This document shows, piece after piece, positions 7,043-12,475 of a stretch of 12,475 nt of DNA (within the stretch, counting starts at the first letter, position 1; the number at the start of each line of letters is the position of its first letter). Position numbers and translations under genes: made by a program. The stretch is from the IMG/VR virus record IMGVR_UViG_3300035034_001740, positions 1 through 12,475 of that record. The stretch is one strand, 5' to 3'. Origin of the DNA: a virus. Taxonomy: Duplodnaviria > Heunggongvirae > Uroviricota > Caudoviricetes. The notes beneath the pieces are model-generated. The model saw only the letters and a program-made list of their open reading frames with translations. It was not told where the DNA came from and made no database searches.

Positions 7043-8304
7043 TATCGTTTCACCAATTGTAACAACTCTTCTTTGGAGACGTTTGGGTTCTCTTCAAATA
7101 CATCTTGAATTTTATCCAAAATCTGTTTGAACTCAGGTCCGGATTTCATCCCCATCTTAATCAAATCTTGTCCACTCACAGGTGGTTTGATTGGAGTTGA
7201 TTTCATCTGCTGTAATCGATCTCTGATTTTATCTACATCAACGGATAGGTTGAGGTCGTCAATCAACTGTAGAGTAACGTCAGCGTTCTTGCCAGCGATC
7301 CGTCTAAACTGACGAATACGCTTATCCGACTCACCGTTATTGAAAAATGATTGTAAAGTAACCGCGTTAGCAATCTTACCAACAACATCGTTGGGGTATT
7401 TCAATCTCTTTAGAATCGCTTCGATTTGACCCTTTGAAAGATCGTGGAATAGTATAGCAATCTTAACTCTTGGGTCAGACGCCTTTTGAATAAGATTCAT
7501 CTTTTCAGTAGTAATCTCAACTTCAGGAAACATTGACTTGTTTAGACCTGAGTTTTTGATTAACTTCAAAGCACGCCCTGCGTTATCAGTCTTGAGAATC
7601 TTGTCAAACTCATCTTGAATACGTTCATTTGAGATATTCTTCAACTGATCCGCGTTACGCTTTAATGCCTTCAAAGTATTAAGAGGAATCTTCCAATTGT
7701 ATTTAACAAAAAACCGAATCAGACGTAACATACGAAGTGGATCATCAGCAAAAGTCTTGTCAGGGTCTAAAGGAGTTCTAGCAATACCTTTCTCAAGGTC
7801 ATCCCTTCCTCTTCCTGTCAAGTCAACAATTTCGCCGGTTGATACGTTCTTGAATAAACTGTTAGCAGTCAAATCTCGTCGTTCCGCATCTGCTTTCAAT
7901 GACGCACCTTGAACTTCGGGTTTTCTGTTTCCAGGTTCATATTTTTCGGATCGTGGAGCAACAGTTTCGATATCAATCTCAGATAAGTCTTCCCCTTTGT
8001 AATTTACTTTACGCAAGTTAAACTTGGCGGTTCCGTATGTTGGAAATACGATTGGGTTACTTCCTTCTTTGAAGTTACCCATTTGTTTAGTTGCCCAATC
8101 AGCGAATTTCAGTCCGCCTTCGGGCATATCAACAACCAAGTCAATATCCTTAATAGGTTTGCCCATCAATTCATCACGTACAGCTCCTCCGGCTATGTAC
8201 ACTTTGTTTTCAAACTCACTTCCTTTGATAAGGTTCTTGAGGTATTCAACTGATAGAGTTTCTTTCAACCCTTCATTTATTAAGCTTTTAAGTTTAATGT
8301 TCAT
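7042..8304 (-). CDS. cca: CCA tRNA nucleotidyltransferase (class II) with N-terminal MNIKLKSLINE tag
   Basis: Motif A YIAGGAVRD...KDIDL, flexible loop RSEKYEPGNRKPEV, RRDLTANSL, template motif DDPLRMLRLIRF and ISNERIQDEFDKIL. No HD domain and no obvious poly(A)-polymerase signature. Confidence 0.9.
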   Translation of the reverse strand: MNIKLKSLINEGLKETLSVEYLKNLIKGSEFENKVYIAGGAVRDELMGKPIKDIDLVVDMPEGGLKFADWATKQMGNFKEGSNPIVFPTYGTAKFNLRKVNYKGEDLSEIDIETVAPRSEKYEPGNRKPEVQGASLKADAERRDLTANSLFKNVSTGEIVDLTGRGRDDLEKGIARTPLDPDKTFADDPLRMLRLIRFFVKYNWKIPLNTLKALKRNADQLKNISNERIQDEFDKILKTDNAGRALKLIKNSGLNKSMFPEVEITTEKMNLIQKASDPRVKIAILFHDLSKGQIEAILKRLKYPNDVVGKIANAVTLQSFFNNGESDKRIRQFRRIAGKNADVTLQLIDDLNLSVDVDKIRDRLQQMKSTPIKPPVSGQDLIKMGMKSGPEFKQILDKIQDVFEENPNVSKEELLQLVKR

Positions 8305-8735
8305 CTTGTATCTTTGTAAAAATTGCTACGGGAATTTTTACTTTATCTATGTAAAGTGTGAATCGTTCGTTTTTCTTTAAAATTCGTTGTAAAACATTAT
8401 GTAGAGCTAATGTGCGGTGTCGTCCCTCTTGATTTCCGTTTGGTGCTATAATTGGCATTGGAAATTGGTCATCTTCATTGTTCTGTAATATAGTTATAAA
8501 TCTTTTTCATATTTTTCAAGTAAATTCTTGTCTACACCCCTTATTTCTTCTGATCTAGTAGTATTTCGGTTACGGGCGGACAATCTGATATACTCATCTG
8601 GTCTAATACGGATGATTTCAGTTGTTATCCCCTTTCGTTCTGCATACTGTTCAGAAGTTCATCATACATTGGCATATCAGTTGTCGAATCGCTGATCATA
8701 GAATTCAATCTATTGACTAATTCGGGATATGTCAT
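8294..8735 (-). pseudogene. ParB/Srx-like domain gene interrupted by two frameshifts (missed by the ORF track)
   Basis: The ATG at 8735 overlaps the DUF5661 stop (TAATG). Segments: MTYPELVNRLNSMISDSTTDMPMYDELL (that frame stops at 8627-8625); -1 frame EQYAERKGITTEIIRIRPDEYIRLSARN...KNLLEKYEK (stop 8496-8494); a further -1 frame RFITILQNNEDDQFPMPIIAPNGNQEGRHRTLAL...IQDEH* (stop 8296-8294, overlapping the cca start). EGRHR resembles the ParB DGxHR motif. Confidence 0.65.
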
Positions 8736-8989
8736 TACGGTGTATTTTGATTTTCCATATCTGCTAACCTACTGTAATAATCTGACATTTCATACAGATG
8801 ATCCAACGCGATTTCTTCAGCAACGTTGCGGTCATCTGTGTGTTCCATTTCAACTTCAATACCAGCTTCTAATTCAGCTTGGACGTTTGATACGTCAACA
8901 TTGTGTTTGTCTGCTATGTCTTGAATAGAGTGGCTGTCGGCAATTCCTCCGTCCAGAATTTCTTCCATAATTTTTTTTATTCTGATCAT
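8735..8989 (-). CDS. DUF5661-family small acidic protein with N-terminal MIRIKKIMEE tag
   Basis: GIEVEMEHTDD...AEEIALDHLYE..DYYSRL..ME matches the DUF5661 pattern. Confidence 0.75.
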   Translation of the reverse strand: MIRIKKIMEEILDGGIADSHSIQDIADKHNVDVSNVQAELEAGIEVEMEHTDDRNVAEEIALDHLYEMSDYYSRLADMENQNTP

Positions 8990-9375
8990 GAGTTTAAATA
9001 GTTTGCTATATCTTTTAAATTTTTACAAATTTTAGCGCCGTTCTTATGAACCATTTTCACTGTCGCTATTAATGATTTCAATTCATCGTCTTGGAATGTT
9101 TTGGAATCATATGTCTTTAAAACACAAAAAATGGTTTTCTGTGGTTTCGTGTTGCTATCTTGAACAGCTTCAGCGATGCTGTACACACCTTTCATTTGTG
9201 GGGTGATTACATACAAAACAAAGTCGCTGTTTTCTCTAGCTTCCAACTCTCTTTGGTAATCATCTTCAGTCCAATCGTCAACGACTGGATTAAAATAATC
9301 AACTTTTAACATTGGAATCAATTCCTCACGCCAAGTCGAATCGTTACAGGTTCCTCCTAAGAATACTTTTTTCAT
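8986..9375 (-). CDS. Nucleoside 2-deoxyribosyltransferase-like (NDT fold) protein
   Basis: VFLGGTCN.STWRE...DYFNPVVDDW...E...RE.SD..LYVITP...GVYSIAEA, with the conserved Glu in SIAE. Confidence 0.8.
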   Translation of the reverse strand: MKKVFLGGTCNDSTWREELIPMLKVDYFNPVVDDWTEDDYQRELEARENSDFVLYVITPQMKGVYSIAEAVQDSNTKPQKTIFCVLKTYDSKTFQDDELKSLIATVKMVHKNGAKICKNLKDIANYLNS

Positions 9376-9917
9376 TTTACTAATTGTGTTTCTATTTTTA
9401 TATTTGGGTATTTAGATTTTAAAGTGTCGACTGATTCGATGTTTTTATGAGAGTCGTCGTAAAATATCACATACTTTATATTTGGATTTGTTCTAATTTG
9501 AGTTTCAATCCAATTCTTTTTATCGTTCGGGTCAGAACTATTGAGAGTTATCAACTCAACACTATTTCCTATTTTTAGGCTTCTAATAAATCTCAAAATT
9601 GATTTTCTAGCGCCAACTCCCCGAGCTGTTAATATAACATTCCTATGACCGTCATTACTTCTCAAGTGTTTAATGAATATTCTCATAATGTGTCGAATGT
9701 GAGTAGGGTCTTTAACCGATTCGAAATCTGAGTAGTCCATAGTATCTCCATCCTCCTTAGAATATACAGAATATTGGCTAGGGGATAGTTTTAATCTTTT
9801 GCCGTTTTCTTTAGTTACGTATACAAAAGATCTCGTTTTGACGAGCGTATCATCAAAATCAAAAACTCTTAAATGTTTCTCATACGATTCGTTTATTATG
9901 TTTTTTAACAATTTCAC
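9372..9917 (-). CDS. HAD-family phosphatase (Swiss-Army-knife RNA-repair / PNK 3'-phosphatase-like) with N-terminal MKLLKNIINE tag
   Basis: HAD motif I VFDFDDTL, motif II ILTAR, a Lys in DKK and motif IV FYDDS..NI. GTG start. Confidence 0.78.
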   Translation of the reverse strand: MKLLKNIINESYEKHLRVFDFDDTLVKTRSFVYVTKENGKRLKLSPSQYSVYSKEDGDTMDYSDFESVKDPTHIRHIMRIFIKHLRSNDGHRNVILTARGVGARKSILRFIRSLKIGNSVELITLNSSDPNDKKNWIETQIRTNPNIKYVIFYDDSHKNIESVDTLKSKYPNIKIETQLVK

Positions 9918-10606
9918 TTTACTCTTTCTATAAATACTTCTAAATGGTCTTTTGTGAAAAACTTTAATGGGTCAGCTCTGGAATCTGCATCTGACATACT
10001 AAACTCCTTGTCTTTCCCTTGTCTTCCCATCATCTGTCTCATTTCTTTTTTGGCTGAATGTGCATTTCTAACGAAAGCGTGTAAATAAGTTTCCATGTCA
10101 GTTTTTACCCAAGAACCTTTTTCTGTTAATATTTTTTTGGGTGGAACAAACTCTTTATGGTGATGCCAAATCTCACCTGAGTATTTGAATCTCCTAGGGT
10201 GAACTTTTTTTACAAGAGCATGATGTTTGTCGTCATGCCAAAATTCACCATCTTCATCTGGTTCTGCTCCATTTTTAAGACCGGTTTCGACAGACCATAT
10301 ATTATCGTTATCGTCATACTTGTTAAAGTCTGGATGTTCATCTGTTATTTTCTTTCCGTCCTTATCTTTTACGTAGACCAATCGATTTGAGGCGTCTTTT
10401 TTCTTTGGATTTCCGTAACCCCCACCCAACAGAAATGTTTCAATGTAACCTTTGGGAAAGGCGTAAATTCCTTTCCTAGTAGGTGGGCTATGGAAACCAT
10501 CGAAATTCGGATTATACCCTTTCTGTTTCACGGGAGATAGTCCGCCGAACCGAACAAACTCACCGACCGACTTTCCTTCTGTAAGTATCTGTTTTAATTT
10601 AATCAT
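9914..10606 (-). CDS. Hypothetical protein with N-terminal MIKLKQILTE tag
   Basis: Intact 230-aa ORF coupled on both sides (ATGA/GTGA overlaps). RFGG and FHSPPTRKGIYAFP motifs, family not confidently recognised. Confidence 0.75.
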   Translation of the reverse strand: MIKLKQILTEGKSVGEFVRFGGLSPVKQKGYNPNFDGFHSPPTRKGIYAFPKGYIETFLLGGGYGNPKKKDASNRLVYVKDKDGKKITDEHPDFNKYDDNDNIWSVETGLKNGAEPDEDGEFWHDDKHHALVKKVHPRRFKYSGEIWHHHKEFVPPKKILTEKGSWVKTDMETYLHAFVRNAHSAKKEMRQMMGRQGKDKEFSMSDADSRADPLKFFTKDHLEVFIERVK

Positions 10607-11187
10607 CCTCTTCTAACCGACTTCATCATAGCCACTAAATTTTTACCTCTGTATCCCACTTGTTGATACCAATCTGAATCTACCATTTCATTAGCAGCTC
10701 GTTTGAAATCATTTTGTGCTACGGCGGCTCTCATATTTTTAAATTTTGATAATCTGGTTTTTCCCAAATTGAAACTCATATCGATAATAACTTTTCTAAC
10801 GTCTTTAGGCAATTTTTGAAAATTAGGAAACAGATCAACAGCATCTTTGTATGCTAATCTAAGAGAGAAGTTATATAATACATAAACATCTCTTTTTGAT
10901 AACGGTATTTTACTAACAATCTTTTGTTTGATTTCTGGATTACGATCAAGAAACTTTCTATTAGTTTCGGAATCTAAGTTAAACCCGACTCCGATAGTTG
11001 GATGTCCATGTGTATCCATATACACTGTATCACGAAAACCTTCATGTCGTTCAATTTGACTATATAGTTCTACAGGATCAATCTTCTCAGCTCTATTAGC
11101 AAAAGAAGGCAACGCTGAAGCAGCAGCCATGGTTCCCATAGTTATAGCATTCTTCAATTTACCTTCTTGTAATTTTTCAGCAATCAT
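10603..11187 (-). CDS. T4-type lysozyme (GH24) with N-terminal extension
   Basis: Catalytic triad E-x8-D-x5-T in HEGFRDTVYMDTHGHPTIG, plus MSFNLG and AANEMVDSDWYQQV. Confidence 0.92.
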   Translation of the reverse strand: MIAEKLQEGKLKNAITMGTMAAASALPSFANRAEKIDPVELYSQIERHEGFRDTVYMDTHGHPTIGVGFNLDSETNRKFLDRNPEIKQKIVSKIPLSKRDVYVLYNFSLRLAYKDAVDLFPNFQKLPKDVRKVIIDMSFNLGKTRLSKFKNMRAAVAQNDFKRAANEMVDSDWYQQVGYRGKNLVAMMKSVRRG

Positions 11188-11855
11188 AATCCAGCTTTGT
11201 GTAATTGTTCTATTGTGTTTGGGGTTGACGTGTGAATGATACCCATACCACCGGCCTCAACGAACAGTTTGACATTCTTTTCCATGTCATCAATTAGTAA
11301 GTCGCCTTCTTTAGCGAATTCCCACTTGTCTTTGCCTGAGTTTACAATGTTGAACTTCAAACCTCCAAGTCCAGCTTTTTGTAACCACGCTTGTTTACCT
11401 CTATCGGCATATCCACCCGCACCAGCGGTTAAGATTTCGATTGGGATGTTTAAAGACCTAAGATACTTTACTAGCTCTTTTCCTCCGTCTTGCCAATCCA
11501 TATCAGACCAATAGTTTTCTTGGCCTTTCATTAGAACGTCCCACGCTGGAGACATAGTAAAGTTCTTTCTAAATTGGTCGCCAACAATACCATAGACATC
11601 AACTTCGCCTGAGTCTAAAATCTTGTTTCTCAAATCCGTGGCGGACTTCACGAATTCGGGACGTTCCATGTTGAGATTATCCAACTTTCGTTGTGAGATA
11701 GCCTTTCTATAATTAACCACAGAGTTCCAAATACTGTCGTTGGCTAGATACTTTCGATATTGCTTACTGAAGTCGCAAATCACTCCATCCATATCAAGAG
11801 CAATCCGCTTTACAGTGGTCGCATTCTCCGTTAGTAAGTATTTCATCTTAATCAT
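11184..11855 (-). CDS. 5'(3')-deoxyribonucleotidase (NT5C-type HAD) with N-terminal MIKMKYLLTE tag
   Basis: IALDMDGVICDF, ILTA, GKQAWL and LLIDDMEKN....EAGG.GIIH motifs. Confidence 0.85.
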   Translation of the reverse strand: MIKMKYLLTENATTVKRIALDMDGVICDFSKQYRKYLANDSIWNSVVNYRKAISQRKLDNLNMERPEFVKSATDLRNKILDSGEVDVYGIVGDQFRKNFTMSPAWDVLMKGQENYWSDMDWQDGGKELVKYLRSLNIPIEILTAGAGGYADRGKQAWLQKAGLGGLKFNIVNSGKDKWEFAKEGDLLIDDMEKNVKLFVEAGGMGIIHTSTPNTIEQLHKAGL

Positions 11856-11857
11856 CT

Positions 11858-11868
11858 TATATAAATAT
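11858..11868 (-). promoter_or_regulatory. ATATTTATATA motif heading the minus-strand operon
   Basis: Reverse complement of TATATAAATAT, 2 nt upstream of ATG 11855. Identical to the 11-mer at 3555-3565. Confidence 0.45.
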
Positions 11869-11887
11869 CGAATTATGTTTTTTTATG

Positions 11888-11916
11888 TTGACTACACAAA
11901 AGATAGATATCATAGT
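11888..11916 (+). promoter_or_regulatory. Possible sigma70-type promoter
   Basis: TTGACT (11888-11893), 17-nt spacer, CATAGT (11911-11916), upstream of ATG 11926. The -10 box is imperfect. Confidence 0.4.
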
Positions 11917-11925
11917 ATATAAATT

Positions 11926-12204
11926 ATGGAAGATCAAGTTAAAAAGAGTCGGTTCAAGGTAGCATTTTCAGAAGTCGCTGGTAGAGTGGCTATTGTAGAT
12001 AAAAATTCCGAAGAAGATGTTGAAACCTTTTCTGACAATGTACCTGAAGAGTTACTTGTTCAACGAATGATGGAAATCCGTGAGGATGAATTGTTTAGAG
12101 ATCAAATTATCAAAGGAACCTCCTTAGATACTAATATATCAGATGGTGGTATCATTGTTCCAGGAAGAGAGCCGTTACACGATAACGGAAATATTATAGT
12201 TTAA
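11926..12204 (+). CDS. Hypothetical acidic protein
   Basis: 92-aa ORF upstream of groES, with C-terminal DGGIIVPG. Confidence 0.7.
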   Translation: MEDQVKKSRFKVAFSEVAGRVAIVDKNSEEDVETFSDNVPEELLVQRMMEIREDELFRDQIIKGTSLDTNISDGGIIVPGREPLHDNGNIIV

Positions 12205-12222
12205 ACCAAAAATAAAATAATT

Positions 12223-12475
12223 ATGAGTAAAGAAAAATTAGTTCCAGTTGGACCACGGTTGTTGATACAACCCGTCGTAGATGAAGGTGAACAACAACTC
12301 GGAGGAATTATCATCCCCGACGCTGTTCGAAATGAGAAGGTAAACAAGTCAACAGTCGTTGCTGTTGGTGAAGGGTATCGAAACGAAAAGGGTGAGAACA
12401 TTGCTCTATCGATTCAGGTCGGTGATGTTGTTATTACGTCTAAAATGAGTGGGACTGAGGTTAAGTTCGATGGCA
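12223..12475 (+). CDS. groES: Co-chaperonin GroES (Cpn10), partial at the window end; not in the ORF track
   Basis: My translation: MSKEKLVPVGPRLLIQPVVDEGEQQLGGIIIPDAVRNEKVNKSTVVAVGEGYRNEKGENIALSIQVGDVVITSKMSGTEVKFDG. It has the mobile loop GGIIIP and the VVAVGEG, VGDVV and GTEVK motifs. Confidence 0.95.
   Translation, partial: MSKEKLVPVGPRLLIQPVVDEGEQQLGGIIIPDAVRNEKVNKSTVVAVGEGYRNEKGENIALSIQVGDVVITSKMSGTEVKFDG

Noticed and set aside
8305-8734. tRNA or ncRNA in the apparent intergenic gap
   Set aside because: No cloverleaf or T-loop (GTTCRA) context was found, and the region is explained by the frameshifted ParB-like gene.
1380-9375. NAD+ reconstitution (NARP-type) pathway from NUDIX, ART and NDT genes
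   Set aside because: There is no PRPP-synthetase-like (Adps), Namat/Nampt or NMNAT gene in the window, and the genes are not adjacent.
130-12204. No gene ends in TAG, raising possible stop-codon recoding
   Set aside because: All recognisable genes are full length under code 11, with no in-frame TAG or TGA needing read-through. The frameshifted genes are not rescued by recoding. The TGA/TAA bias is explained by ATGA/TAATG overlaps.

Overview
Gene-dense, AT-rich (~35-37% GC) segment of a large T4-like/jumbo tailed phage genome, standard genetic code, with almost all genes translationally coupled (ATGA/TAATG overlaps) and no Shine-Dalgarno sites. The plus-strand block (283-5506) carries replication, nucleotide and RNA-processing genes: a Thg1 tRNA-His guanylyltransferase C-terminal part, a decayed methyltransferase, NUDIX, gp62-like clamp-loader subunit, dNMP kinase, cyclic-phosphate-processing receiver domain and a DruA/Mom-like protein. 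A coupled minus-strand operon (11855->6449) encodes a 5'(3')-nucleotidase, T4-type lysozyme, a hypothetical protein, an RNA-repair-type HAD phosphatase, an NDT-fold protein, DUF5661, a doubly frameshifted ParB-like gene missed by the ORF track, a CCA-adding enzyme and an ADP-ribosyltransferase-like protein. The main observation is that six of these unrelated proteins (seven counting a weaker match) begin with the same ~10-residue peptide, M-I-K-L-K-x-I/L-L/I-x-E. This resembles the T4 capsid-targeting/prohead-protease signal and suggests a virion-packaged, co-injected enzyme payload that includes tRNA 3'-end repair. The first ~280 nt are ~56% GC and are fused in-frame to Thg1, which is probably an assembly chimera or a recombination scar. 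The window ends inside a groES gene.
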